This document shows positions 1 through 8,861 of a stretch of DNA of 37,026 bases, piece after piece. Source of the DNA: a virus. Taxonomy: Duplodnaviria; Caudoviricetes. The DNA is taken from IMG/VR virus record IMGVR_UViG_3300040971_000190, positions 1 to 37,026 of that record. The stretch is one strand, 5' to 3'. Below the pieces are notes generated by a model, which saw nothing but the letters and a program-made list of their open reading frames with translations, searched no databases and was not told the origin of the DNA. A program made the position numbers and the translations under genes. Numbering within the stretch: position 1 is the first letter of the stretch; each line of letters starts with the position of its first letter.

Positions 1-1503
1 ACGGATGGAAACATTGGTAAAGCTCCACATGTCGATATCTGGGTAAACGGGGAACGCCACCGCTATATTCCGGATGAGGCCTATAGTTTTATCCAGCAAG
101 AGTCGATTATTTTTGCCAGCGATATTGGAGAAAAGAAAAGCCAACGTGAAATTGTTGCAATTTTGTCTGCCTTTTTAAAGAAGGCATACCTTTTCGATGA
201 TGAGTCGTTGCCAAGAATTATTGCCTATTACATTATGATGACCTGGATTTACGACGCATTTGATGCTTTATGTTATTTGCGTGCCATTGGTCCAGCAGGG
301 TGCGGAAAAAGTGAGCTAATGAAACGAATTGGATGGTTGTGTTACCGTCCAACGCGAAGTAATGGTAATGATACTGTTGCTACCATGTTTCACACGACAG
401 AATTGTTCGGCGGCACCATGGTTATCGAAGAATACGACCAGGCCAGCACAGAAACCACCGATGGATTTGTTAAAACGTTGAATTCAGGCGCCATGCGCGG
501 CGGCCAAACAAAACGTATGGTTGAATTCAACCGGGCAGACGGGACAAAGAAATTGAGGCCTGAGGGATATTCAGTTTACTGCCCTAAATTATTGGACGGT
601 CGTGTTGATACTAAAGATGACGCGGTTGGAACACGCTGTTTGACCTTCAGAATGATGAAAAAAACAACCACAGAGCTGTTAGACGCGGATATTCCGTTTT
701 TTATCGACAACGAATTCAAAAGAAAAGCCCTGGCCATTCAAAACCTGATGCTGCGCTGGAGGTTAGAGACGTGGAAGAAAAATATACCGATCTTTAAATC
801 TGATGTTGATCAGATGATCTCGCCGCGCATGAATCAGGTAACCCTATCCATGAAGGCCATTGCCAGGCTAAGCGAAGACGATGAAGTAACCAAAGATTTA
901 ACTGCCTTATTGAGAGAAATGAATAATCAGGAAGTTTTGAGCAAGGCAGACACTATTGAAGCCAGGGTGGTTGAGGCTGTATGGAGAATATTCTTATATC
1001 CTAAATACCACAAAAAATATGTGATTGATATTGACGGAAAATTGTGCCTCTATCCCAAACATGTTGGATTAGTAACCAACTCGATCATCGACCAGATGAA
1101 TAACCCGGACAATGCTGATAAACCCAATAAAAACGGCGCTTCAGTTTCATCTCAAAAAATAGGGCATATTCTCGGCAAGGAATTCAATCTACGAAAGAAG
1201 CCAAGAACAGCCAGTGGTTATCCATACGAGTGGCATGAAGCAAAAATGATTGGCATGGCTCAATCATACGGGGTGGATTGGCAAATGGTACTGGCTTCCA
1301 TTCTAAAAAACTACGAAAAAGAGGAAATTCCTGTTCAACTTTTCCATTTAGCTGAAAAGAGAGATGTGGATCCAAACGACTATTTGGTTTTTGAAAAGAT
1401 TATGGATGTAGACATTGATGAAAATGTAGAGATTTCAGAGGAAAAACCCCTTAAAAAAGAGAAAAGTCTACAAAAAGGCAATCAGAACTCTCTATTAGAG
1501 TAG
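1..1503 (+). CDS. C-terminal part (P-loop NTPase/helicase-like) of the primase-helicase that starts at 35553
   Basis: Frame is open from base 1 (TDGNIGKAPHV...); Walker A GPAGCGKS and Walker B-like MVIEE; in frame with the ORF leaving the right end. Confidence 0.8.
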   Translation, partial: TDGNIGKAPHVDIWVNGERHRYIPDEAYSFIQQESIIFASDIGEKKSQREIVAILSAFLKKAYLFDDESLPRIIAYYIMMTWIYDAFDALCYLRAIGPAGCGKSELMKRIGWLCYRPTRSNGNDTVATMFHTTELFGGTMVIEEYDQASTETTDGFVKTLNSGAMRGGQTKRMVEFNRADGTKKLRPEGYSVYCPKLLDGRVDTKDDAVGTRCLTFRMMKKTTTELLDADIPFFIDNEFKRKALAIQNLMLRWRLETWKKNIPIFKSDVDQMISPRMNQVTLSMKAIARLSEDDEVTKDLTALLREMNNQEVLSKADTIEARVVEAVWRIFLYPKYHKKYVIDIDGKLCLYPKHVGLVTNSIIDQMNNPDNADKPNKNGASVSSQKIGHILGKEFNLRKKPRTASGYPYEWHEAKMIGMAQSYGVDWQMVLASILKNYEKEEIPVQLFHLAEKRDVDPNDYLVFEKIMDVDIDENVEISEEKPLKKEKSLQKGNQNSLLE

Positions 1504-1537
1504 ATGAGGTCAGAAAATGGATAAAAAAAGGCTTTCA

Positions 1538-1912
1538 ATGTATATTTTACAGTTTTTTCCGGTATACACCCCCTACTGCAATGTTTTGTTTGTGCGAAAA
1601 AAAGAGGAAACACAATATAACAAAACATTTATAGGGGGGCATACATCCGGAAAAATATACAAAATATACATCCGGAAAAATATTTCAAACCAATTAGGAT
1701 ATTGGTTCACCTATTCATTAATTGAATACTATCTTTTTAATAGAAAACTATATATAATAGTGTATATTATGTATTTATATGTATATATATACCGTGTTAA
1801 GAAAAAATTTTCAACTGCTGTATGCCCCTTAGGCCCTATTACGAATGTATATTTTAAGCCAAATATACATTCTTGAAAAAACACTTTGGTAAATGGTTCA
1901 CAAAATATACAT
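1538..1912. repeat. AT-rich iteron-like region, probable replication origin
   Basis: AAAATATACAT or its complement at 1538, 1661, 1845, 1902 and near-copies at 1652 and 1861; 18-bp direct repeat ATACATCCGGAAAAATAT at 1641 and 1666; directly downstream of primase-helicase. Confidence 0.65.
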
Positions 1913-1935
1913 AAAAACAATGAAAGGACGGAAAA

Positions 1936-2376
1936 ATGAGTAAAACCGAGTTGAAAACGACATCACGGCAGATAGAAGTTGTATCAGAAATTATGAAAAA
2001 TTTATCAATTGAGCTTGCTGTTTTGAGCAAAGAGATTGTTAAATTGAATATTCCGCAGGATTTGCATGTTGTGATTGAAAAGCCAAAATTGGGGAGAAAT
2101 GAGCTATTGGTTTATCAGGTTTTGGTAACAATCGCGAATCTAAGCGGAAAAGACGGACAATTCAAAGCTTCATTTGTATTAATTGTAGAACTTTCCAAGT
2201 TTAATGTAACTTCTTTTCAGGTAGGGAGGATTTTGAGACATGTATTCTGTTTTGAAGTGAGGCGTGAAGGACCTGGGATGTCTACGTTTTACACTGTCGA
2301 TGATTTGAAGCGGGCTGAAAAAATTCTATTTGAGGCGGGAGTGATTGAAGATGAAGATTTATCGATGCAAGAATAA
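1936..2376 (+). CDS. Hypothetical protein, possibly winged-helix DNA-binding
   Basis: 146-aa ORF with AAAGGA RBS; first gene of an overlapping-gene operon. Confidence 0.6.
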   Translation: MSKTELKTTSRQIEVVSEIMKNLSIELAVLSKEIVKLNIPQDLHVVIEKPKLGRNELLVYQVLVTIANLSGKDGQFKASFVLIVELSKFNVTSFQVGRILRHVFCFEVRREGPGMSTFYTVDDLKRAEKILFEAGVIEDEDLSMQE

Positions 2377-2542
2377 GGCTTGCCGGGCTGAGATTGGGAA
2401 ATTGCGAGCTGGAAGATCGGGAATGTCGCAATTAGAGTTACCGGATGGACGGAAGTTTGAGACGTCGGTGCGGGTGGAATGCCCGGTTTGTAAACGACAG
2501 CAGTTGTATGTGGCCATGAGGGCAGAAACGGCGAAGTTATGA
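2345..2542 (+). CDS. Small zinc-finger protein (Mu Com-like)
   Basis: RCKNKAC and VECPVCK motifs; stop overlaps next start. Confidence 0.55.
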   Translation: MKMKIYRCKNKACRAEIGKLRAGRSGMSQLELPDGRKFETSVRVECPVCKRQQLYVAMRAETAKL

Positions 2543-2745
2543 GTAAGTTTTGGGTTTGTGTGGTTTTGTCGATCCCATGCGCGCTTTTTTGGGCGATGGT
2601 GGCCAGCCTGGTTTGGGGCTGGAAATATTTTATTTGGGTTTTCATGGCGCTGTTCTTTTTGGTGATGGCAGCCATGGATTATTTTATTGAATCTGCCTGG
2701 GGCAGTATAGGAAAGGTGCCGAATGAGAAACATATTAAAAAGTGA
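2539..2745 (+). CDS. Small membrane protein
   Basis: Two hydrophobic segments; ATGA coupling with upstream gene. Confidence 0.55.
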   Translation: MSKFWVCVVLSIPCALFWAMVASLVWGWKYFIWVFMALFFLVMAAMDYFIESAWGSIGKVPNEKHIKK

Positions 2746-2917
2746 TGGCACACTCGGAAGATTTGATCAGGTTTCACGGCCAGAAGACAAATCACAAACG
2801 CAGGTTGGAACCATTGTTTGCCCGGTGTGCCATGCCCATATTATACGTCCAAAATCGCCAGTTTATAAGGTTCGCTGCCCAGGCTGCGGATCTGATTGCT
2901 TTATGGAGGGATTATGA
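2723..2917 (+). CDS. Small zinc-ribbon protein
   Basis: CPVC and CPGC motifs; stop coupled to polX start (ATGA). Confidence 0.55.
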   Translation: MRNILKSDGTLGRFDQVSRPEDKSQTQVGTIVCPVCHAHIIRPKSPVYKVRCPGCGSDCFMEGL

Positions 2918-3528
2918 GCAAGCCTGAGTTGAGATTAGCTTATGAAGTAGGGATGAAGTATGCAGCGCGGCTTATCGATGTGATTCAGCCTGCGTGTTCC
3001 CGTGTGCGTATTGCCGGGTCTCTGCGGAGACACAAGCGGGATATTGGGGATATTGAGGTTTGTTGTATTCCAGCAGCGCATTCAGATATGTTTGATGCGC
3101 CGGTATACGATGCATTTGAGGTTAAGAAGCTGTTACGCCAGGCAGGTTACCGGTTTGAGGTAGCAGGCGAACTGTATATCAAGGCGTTTGCTGGTGGTGT
3201 GCAGCATGATATATTCCTGACAACACCTGAGAAGTGGGGAGTAATCTTTATGCAGCGGACTGGGTGCGCTGAGTTTTCCACCAAGATGGTGACACAGCGG
3301 AATAAGGGCGGCGTATTGCCTTCCCATCTGCGGGTAAAAGATGGCCGGGTGTGGTCTGGTGAGCAGGCCTTGGATACACCAGAGGAAGTTGATTACTTTG
3401 GTTTGACATGGTTAAAGTGGATTGAACCTGAGGATAGAACTTCAGAGGAAGCGCAACGGCTGACAATACGTCTGCGGCGTGGTGGTGGAGTGACGTTGAA
3501 AGATAAGTTGGTGAGAAATGAAATCTAA
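2914..3528 (+). CDS. Minimal DNA polymerase X family nucleotidyltransferase (palm and thumb only)
   Basis: IAGSLRRHKRDIGDIE, QHDIF, RTGCAEF and PEEVDYF...WIEPEDR match PolX/Pol beta motifs; GGAGG RBS before ATG 2914. Confidence 0.85.
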   Translation: MSKPELRLAYEVGMKYAARLIDVIQPACSRVRIAGSLRRHKRDIGDIEVCCIPAAHSDMFDAPVYDAFEVKKLLRQAGYRFEVAGELYIKAFAGGVQHDIFLTTPEKWGVIFMQRTGCAEFSTKMVTQRNKGGVLPSHLRVKDGRVWSGEQALDTPEEVDYFGLTWLKWIEPEDRTSEEAQRLTIRLRRGGGVTLKDKLVRNEI

Positions 3529-3700
3529 TCAGGACAAGGTAGAAATTACTTTAACTGGCAGTAAGAAATTGCGGAAAATGGTGGTAGACAAGATATTTGA
3601 TTTGCTGTTTGGACCGGATGGTTTACCGGATATTGATGGACATGATTTCAATTTGAATGTCACGACGACATTGGAACCAAGCGACGAGGCTGAAGTATGA
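3518..3700 (+). CDS. Hypothetical protein
   Basis: 60-aa ORF overlapping both neighbours in the operon. Confidence 0.5.
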   Translation: MKSNQDKVEITLTGSKKLRKMVVDKIFDLLFGPDGLPDIDGHDFNLNVTTTLEPSDEAEV

Positions 3701-3954
3701 GCCTATTAACTGCTTTGCTTATTTTTCTTGTGATTGTTTCCGGGGTTGTGCTGATGTGGTGGGTGTGGATGTTGAGCACGTTTCTGCATCCGGCACGATT
3801 GGCCAACAGCACCGGGAATGGCGATATGGTCCATCCGGATCCCAACAGCAATTGTGGCGATGGCACCAGGTTCCCTTCAGTACCGCTGAAAACGGTGGTA
3901 CGTCCGGATAAAAAACATAAATCAAAAGGTGGATCTAATGAAAACATTAATTGA
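3697..3954 (+). CDS. Hypothetical protein with N-terminal transmembrane helix
   Basis: Hydrophobic N-terminus; ATGA coupling. Confidence 0.5.
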   Translation: MSLLTALLIFLVIVSGVVLMWWVWMLSTFLHPARLANSTGNGDMVHPDPNSNCGDGTRFPSVPLKTVVRPDKKHKSKGGSNENIN

Positions 3955-4387
3955 ATTCATTCAAAGTTTGCTGTTTGTTTCTTTCTTTCCTGAGAAGTAT
4001 AAAAAAGCTCTGCATCAGTGGGATAAAAATCAGGCTGTATTACGTGAGACAGTTGAAGAGTTTTGTAAAACCATTGGTCTTTCCGATATGGAAATTCATG
4101 AATTTTTGGAGCGTGACCCGGCTGAAGTGTTGGATCAATTCATTTGTGACCATCCCAGAGCATTCAAATTACTGTTGCGCCGGGAAAACTTTATTGTGAT
4201 CCGGGATGATGAGCCGTATTTCAAGAAAGTCTATAGCATGATCCGTGATGATCAAGTTCAGAGAAAATTGCGTTGGGATGAAATCGACGAATACGATTAT
4301 ATGAGATTTGTACATAACAACATGGCAGACTGGTATCGCAATGATGTCCTGAAAAAAAGCGGTGACGGGGTGAAAGATGGCAAATGA
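3929..4387 (+). CDS. Hypothetical protein (start may be ATG 3938)
   Basis: 152-aa ORF in operon context. Confidence 0.55.
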   Translation: MDLMKTLIEFIQSLLFVSFFPEKYKKALHQWDKNQAVLRETVEEFCKTIGLSDMEIHEFLERDPAEVLDQFICDHPRAFKLLLRRENFIVIRDDEPYFKKVYSMIRDDQVQRKLRWDEIDEYDYMRFVHNNMADWYRNDVLKKSGDGVKDGK

Positions 4388-4715
4388 TGCTCTTTCCCTG
4401 CGGCCATGCGATAGCTGTGGTGGTCCGATTGCACCAGTGTTCTTTGTGGTGCGGGTCAGCCAGGCGCTGATCAATGAGCCGGTGGTCAACCGGTTTATTG
4501 GCATGGCGCATTTCTTTGGCGGGAATGTGGGCATCTCTTCGGTGTTTGACCCGGGCGACGATGCCTTTGTGATCATGGGCGATAAGAATAAAGAACTGAT
4601 GAATGAGGTTTTTATTTGCAATCGCTGCATGTTTGAAAAATTCTCCGATCTGTTTGTGTTGGTAGAAAAACAGGACCACATCAGAAACAGCGATGCGGGA
4701 TCCGGAGACGAATAA
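4377..4715 (+). CDS. Hypothetical zinc-binding protein
   Basis: CDSC and CNRC pairs. Confidence 0.55.
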   Translation: MANDALSLRPCDSCGGPIAPVFFVVRVSQALINEPVVNRFIGMAHFFGGNVGISSVFDPGDDAFVIMGDKNKELMNEVFICNRCMFEKFSDLFVLVEKQDHIRNSDAGSGDE

Positions 4716-4805
4716 GTTAGGGATGCAGGCCTGCGGCGGTTCGGACAATTACACGATTGATGCCTTGTATGCGTATCGTTAGCGCCGCGGGCCAAGGGAT
4801 TTTCC

Positions 4806-5210
4806 ATGAAAAAAGAAACTATTGAGTTGATGGTTATTTTCGCGGCTCTGATCGGTTTTATTTTGCTGGCCAACTGGAACAGGATCAGAAAGCCAAAGAA
4901 TGAAGGCCTGGGTAATCTCAAGTTTGAGATATTAGAAATCAGCCACGGTCATGTTCTGCTGCGCTCAGATGCCGGGTCTATGATAGACCACGGCTTGCGT
5001 GAGGATATGGACGTTTTGGGAGCCGGCCACCAGGAGCTGATCAGCCATGATGAAAACGGAATGGTTTTCAGGGTGACTGTCAAAGATGGTGAGGATCCAC
5101 AGCGGGTTGCAAAACGATTGAAGGCCAGGCACAGCATGCGGGTCAATCCAACAAATGATTGGTCCGGCCGGGAAGATTTTAGGACATTATTGGAGGATTG
5201 GGATGGTTGA
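4806..5210 (+). CDS. Hypothetical membrane-anchored protein
   Basis: N-terminal hydrophobic helix, 134 aa. Confidence 0.55.
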   Translation: MKKETIELMVIFAALIGFILLANWNRIRKPKNEGLGNLKFEILEISHGHVLLRSDAGSMIDHGLREDMDVLGAGHQELISHDENGMVFRVTVKDGEDPQRVAKRLKARHSMRVNPTNDWSGREDFRTLLEDWDG

Positions 5211-5366
5211 GGTCAAGGTTGTACCTATTGCGCTCCGTGATTGGGCGGTAGTAGTTGGTAATGATATTGTGGCTATTTATCCGCTTAAGCCGATGGCTGA
5301 GCGGGCAGCGAATGAAGCGCGGTTGAGACTGGCGTTTGGGAAGATGGGAGAGGGAGAGGAAGGCGA

Positions 5367-5579
5367 ATGATGAAACTTACGTTATCTGTTTTTGTGGCGG
5401 CAGTTTTTGGGTGCCTGGCGTTGGGTTCGGTGTGCTGGCAGTTGGGGTTGATAGTTTTTGCCGTGGTTTTTGTAGTGTGTTTGCTGGTTTTATGCTTGTA
5501 CGGTTGGCTGGCCAGCGTGCGTGCGCACAGAAATATGGTAAAAAACCACAATACAGCAGTGGGGGAGGGGGATGATTGA
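5367..5579 (+). CDS. Small membrane protein
   Basis: Two hydrophobic segments; GAGG RBS. Confidence 0.5.
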   Translation: MMKLTLSVFVAAVFGCLALGSVCWQLGLIVFAVVFVVCLLVLCLYGWLASVRAHRNMVKNHNTAVGEGDD

Positions 5580-6165
5580 GATGGACTATCCACGATTGAG
5601 AGAGCCTATTTTATTGAGCCTGTTGGCTGTATTGTGTCTGGTGGTGGCAATGTGGGAAGAACGATTGCCGGATTGGCTGCGTGGTTTTCTGGTGTTTGCA
5701 GGCGTGATATTTTTGGCCTGGGCAATATTTACAACGATAGACCTTATCCGTTACCGGGTCAATTTGCGGATGAGGGAACAATTAGCGGCAGCCGCGGTGA
5801 CAGAACGGGTGTTGATGCTCAGGGAATTGAGGCACATGAACCGGGATCAAATGGACGCTTTGAGCCGGTGGACTCCAACATTAGAAATTATCGCTGCCAC
5901 AACCGGCCCAGTGACGTATCTAAACACGTTTGGTGTGTTGATCCCGATGGTGTTTATTGCTGAGTTTTTGCAGGATGGCGAAGGGCCTTATTTATGCCGG
6001 ATCAGAAAATTTGGTGAAGGGACCAAAGAACGGCAATGGGCTGAACTGTTCACCAGGTACGTGGTTGGACAGGGATGGGCCGAACGGTCTAATGGACCTT
6101 ATGCAGCCAGGTGGAAAAATCAGGAACTGGCGTGGAAGAGTCTTGGGTTTGATGTAAGCGGGTAG
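5572..6165 (+). CDS. Hypothetical membrane protein
   Basis: Two N-terminal TM helices plus soluble domain; GGGAGG RBS. Confidence 0.6.
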   Translation: MIEMDYPRLREPILLSLLAVLCLVVAMWEERLPDWLRGFLVFAGVIFLAWAIFTTIDLIRYRVNLRMREQLAAAAVTERVLMLRELRHMNRDQMDALSRWTPTLEIIAATTGPVTYLNTFGVLIPMVFIAEFLQDGEGPYLCRIRKFGEGTKERQWAELFTRYVVGQGWAERSNGPYAARWKNQELAWKSLGFDVSG

Positions 6166-6177
6166 GAGAAATAAAAC

Positions 6178-6423
6178 ATGAAAAAGAGTAAAAACGGTTA
6201 TTTTATTCAGGACATTCGACTTAATAACGGGCAAATCGAAAAATTGATTGATATTGACCAGTTAATTGGTAGATCTGAAGAGGAACATAACGGCATTCTT
6301 CTCGCTCAGGTTTTTCCTGGAAAAGCGTTACTGCGAGTTGTTTTTATTCCTCCTAACATAGAGATCAAAATTATGGATATTTTGAATAGCAACGAGGAAA
6401 AACATGAAGAAACAACGATTTGA
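6178..6423 (+). CDS. Hypothetical protein
   Basis: AGGAG RBS; 81 aa. Confidence 0.55.
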   Translation: MKKSKNGYFIQDIRLNNGQIEKLIDIDQLIGRSEEEHNGILLAQVFPGKALLRVVFIPPNIEIKIMDILNSNEEKHEETTI

Positions 6424-7081
6424 TATTTCGCAGGTTTTGATTTTTGCGGCATTGGTGGTAATGGTGGCGCGGTATATTGGCGCATTTCTGGCATCCGATA
6501 TGAACCGGGTGGATGGGCTAATTTCCGAGGTTTTGACGGGTTTGATTGCCGTTTCAGGCGCTGGTATGGGTGTGCTGGATGTGTTGGGCATGGCCGTTGT
6601 TTTTGACGGATGGCGGCATGCCTTGCCAAGGTTGGGAGCGCGTTGGAGTGCGAGGTTTCGAATTCTTACAGCGATTGTAGTGCTGATGTTTGCCTCCGGA
6701 ATAATGATTTTGGTGCCTTTCACCATGTCCAGGGTGTTAGGCCAGGAAATGAGTGTGGTTTTATCCACCGGGTGGTTATGGGTCTGGGCCATTGCCGTAA
6801 ATCTGGCACCATACCTGTTGATTGGTGGAATCATGTTCAGTCAGACAAGTGTACAAATAAAGGCAGTTCCGGTTATACCTCCAACGACAGATGTCGTAGT
6901 TGTAAACGGAGATGCGACTTTGGCAACGCTAAGCGAAGAACAGCTTTTACGGCTTGCGACGCCTGAGCGACGCATTACGGACGCTTCCAGCGCATGTGCG
7001 TGCGGATACGTCGCTAAAAATCGCTTTGCTCTGAGCGCTCATACTCGCTGGTGCGACCAAGCGAAAGCGACAGCGAAATGA
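6404..7081 (+). CDS. Four-TM membrane protein with C-terminal zinc finger
   Basis: Four hydrophobic segments then CACGYVAKNRFALSAHTRWC (C2HC finger). Confidence 0.65.
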   Translation: MKKQRFDISQVLIFAALVVMVARYIGAFLASDMNRVDGLISEVLTGLIAVSGAGMGVLDVLGMAVVFDGWRHALPRLGARWSARFRILTAIVVLMFASGIMILVPFTMSRVLGQEMSVVLSTGWLWVWAIAVNLAPYLLIGGIMFSQTSVQIKAVPVIPPTTDVVVVNGDATLATLSEEQLLRLATPERRITDASSACACGYVAKNRFALSAHTRWCDQAKATAK

Positions 7082-7153
7082 GCGTCGCAAAAGCGTTGTT
7101 AGCGTTTGGATATGATGTAAAATCTGATTATCGGAAAGAGATAAAATTGATAC

Positions 7154-7181
7154 TTGAAATTATGCGAAATGCTGTTATACT
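7154..7181 (+). promoter_or_regulatory. Sigma70-type promoter of cassette 1
   Basis: TTGAAA-16 bp-TATACT with extended -10 TG; homologous to promoter at 26891. Confidence 0.75.
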
Positions 7182-7188
7182 ATGCATA

Positions 7189-7365
7189 GAGACACCAATC
7201 TTGAAATGAGCGCGTTTTGTATTAATACCGCTCCATAATTCAAAATCCTATTGTGGGCAAAGTCCCGTAGTGGCTGCGATTCGCTCAGAGATTGGTGTCT
7301 CCAGCGGTTTATACCACTACGGGATTTTGTCTTAATTTACTTTATTCTCTATAAGGAGACACCAA
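7189..7365 (+). ncRNA. Structured antisense riboregulator leader, cassette 1
   Basis: 19-bp stem 7255-7273/7314-7332; enclosed seed AGATTGGTGTCTCC (7289-7302) is complementary to the 5' end GAGACACCAATCT (7189-7201) and to the RBS GGAGACACCAA (7355-7365). Confidence 0.8.
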
Positions 7366-7683
7366 ATGAAAGACAAGAACGGACTGAGCAAGAAAGATAT
7401 TGAAAACCTGGAACGCCAGGCAGAGGAAGCCAACACCTTTGGTAATTACCCTGTGCAATTTATGCACGAACTGATTGATGCCACGCTGGAAAAGCTGGAT
7501 GCGGTTTGCATGGAAATGGACAAACCGGCGCTATCGAGCGCCATCCGGGATCTGGTGGTCATTGCCGGGATTGCAGAGCGGTTTGCCTGTGATTTCAAAT
7601 CACCGATTGACCAGGTGACATTTGCACAAACCCTGCCGGTATTGGCAAGAACTCTGGTTGCGCTGGGTGAGGTGGATCAATAA
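7366..7683 (+). CDS. Unknown alpha-helical protein, paralog of 27085..27486
   Basis: GNYPVQFMHE...KPAL...IAERFA aligns without gaps to GNLPPQFLHE...VPAL...IAERFA; AAGGAG RBS. Confidence 0.8.
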   Translation: MKDKNGLSKKDIENLERQAEEANTFGNYPVQFMHELIDATLEKLDAVCMEMDKPALSSAIRDLVVIAGIAERFACDFKSPIDQVTFAQTLPVLARTLVALGEVDQ

Positions 7684-7767
7684 CATTTTGGCCCCGTGGC
7701 AAATGGGGTAGATTACGTGAAATGCCCACCCCAACCCCTCCCAGATGGGAGGAGTGTGATGAGAAAG

Positions 7768-7801
7768 AAAGGACCCAGGTTATGAGCCTGGGTCTTTTTT
7801 T
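7768..7801 (+). terminator. Intrinsic terminator of cassette 1
   Basis: GGACCCAGG-TTATGAG-CCTGGGTCT followed by T run. Confidence 0.85.
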
Positions 7802-7906
7802 ATTGATGTTTTTGTGTGTGAAAAATGCATAAATATATTCACTGTGTATATTTTGTGTATATACACGGATATGCAAATATGTTATATTGTTGATGGAGTT
7901 GTGCCC

Positions 7907-8248
7907 ATGGTGGATAAATTCAGTGTTGTAGATCCATTAGGACGTACTGTAACTTGTGATTTATCCAGATGGATGGATCATGTACTTAAACGCAGACGTT
8001 GGGATGAAGAAGCCGGATGGGAAGTTGTTGTTATAAAGGCAATTAGACAACCATTGATGATTTGTAGAGATTCAGGAAGCCCAGAAACTAAAATTTGTTA
8101 TTATTACACACCATCGGTCACAACAAAATATATGGTTGTCTATGTAGAATTTTTACATGATGATAAAAAAGGTGAGTTAGTTACAGCAATTGAGAAACAC
8201 AAAGGAAAATCTGGAGAGGTATTATTATGGCCGTTTTCAAAGACTTAA
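7907..8248 (+). CDS. Putative BECR/RelE-fold ribonuclease toxin-like protein
   Basis: Pattern DPLGRTV..RW.DHV...I.QP..I..D...YYY...KYMVVYV...LVTA...K.GEVLLW resembles PBECR-type proteins that pair with DUF2283; GGAG RBS before 7907. Confidence 0.55.
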   Translation: MVDKFSVVDPLGRTVTCDLSRWMDHVLKRRRWDEEAGWEVVVIKAIRQPLMICRDSGSPETKICYYYTPSVTTKYMVVYVEFLHDDKKGELVTAIEKHKGKSGEVLLWPFSKT

Positions 8249-8631
8249 ATACAGCGCTTTTTAAACGATTTTTGAACAAAGAGATTGAACCAACATTGGA
8301 ATTCGATGAAGTGTCTGACGAACTCTTAATTCTCTTCGGCGATTTAAGTAAAAATTATATTGCCGTGGATGTAGACAGTCATCTATCATTGCTTTATTAC
8401 CCTGGCGATAAGGAAGTTATTGGTGTCAGGATTGAAAACTTTGAATATTCTTTTTTGAAGAAATTTCCTGACATTGGAAAGATTTGGTTTGTTCGGGATG
8501 ATTGCAAAGAAGGTCAGACTATTTTCCAAGCCGAAGAAAAGATAGAAGTTCGAAAAGAAGATTTAGCCTGGCGTGTCAGTAAGATGGCATATCCTAAGGT
8601 AGGTACCGGTGGATTATTTGTTTGTGTTTGA
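8227..8631 (+). CDS. DUF2283-like protein (putative antitoxin partner)
   Basis: FDEVSDELLILF...LLYYPGDKEVIGVRIENF resembles the DUF2283 signature; overlaps upstream gene. Confidence 0.6.
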   Translation: MAVFKDLNTALFKRFLNKEIEPTLEFDEVSDELLILFGDLSKNYIAVDVDSHLSLLYYPGDKEVIGVRIENFEYSFLKKFPDIGKIWFVRDDCKEGQTIFQAEEKIEVRKEDLAWRVSKMAYPKVGTGGLFVCV

Positions 8632-8641
8632 CAATAATTGA

Positions 8642-8824
8642 ATAAGTAAAACTTATAATACCCCAATAAATTGGGGTATTTTTTGTTAAATAACTGGCAT
8701 ATCATAAGTAAAACTTATTGATACTGGGGAAAAATAGCCATAAAACAAATATAACTATAAGTAATACTTATGTAAATTGAAGAATATTACCCAGAAATTG
8801 AAACAAACTATAAGTTTTACTTAT
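8642..8824. repeat. Four palindromic ATAAGT-N3-ACTTAT sites
   Basis: Copies at 8642, 8704, 8757 and 8810. Confidence 0.85.
8657..8684 (+). terminator. Intrinsic terminator after the TA-like pair
   Basis: AATACCCCAAT-AA-ATTGGGGTATT then TTTT. Confidence 0.7.
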
Positions 8825-8832
8825 ATTGACTC

Positions 8833-8861
8833 TTGTTAATTTATGCGAAATCTGTTAAAAT
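8833..8861 (+). promoter_or_regulatory. Probable late (lysis/morphogenesis) promoter
   Basis: TTGTTA-17 bp-TAAAAT with extended -10 TG; spacer contains TTATGCGAAA as in cassette promoters. Confidence 0.55.

Noticed and set aside
1517-1876. 119-aa ORF in the track
   Set aside because: Tyr/Ile/Lys-biased translation of an AT-rich repeat tract; better explained as origin DNA
7684-7767. Short hairpins between cassette 1 ORF and its terminator as another antisense unit
   Set aside because: Lack the long stem and GAG-N-CTC layout; absent from cassette 2; evidence too weak
8642-8824. Possible CRISPR mini-array
   Set aside because: Repeats only 15 bp, uneven spacing, AT-rich spacers containing a terminator, no cas genes
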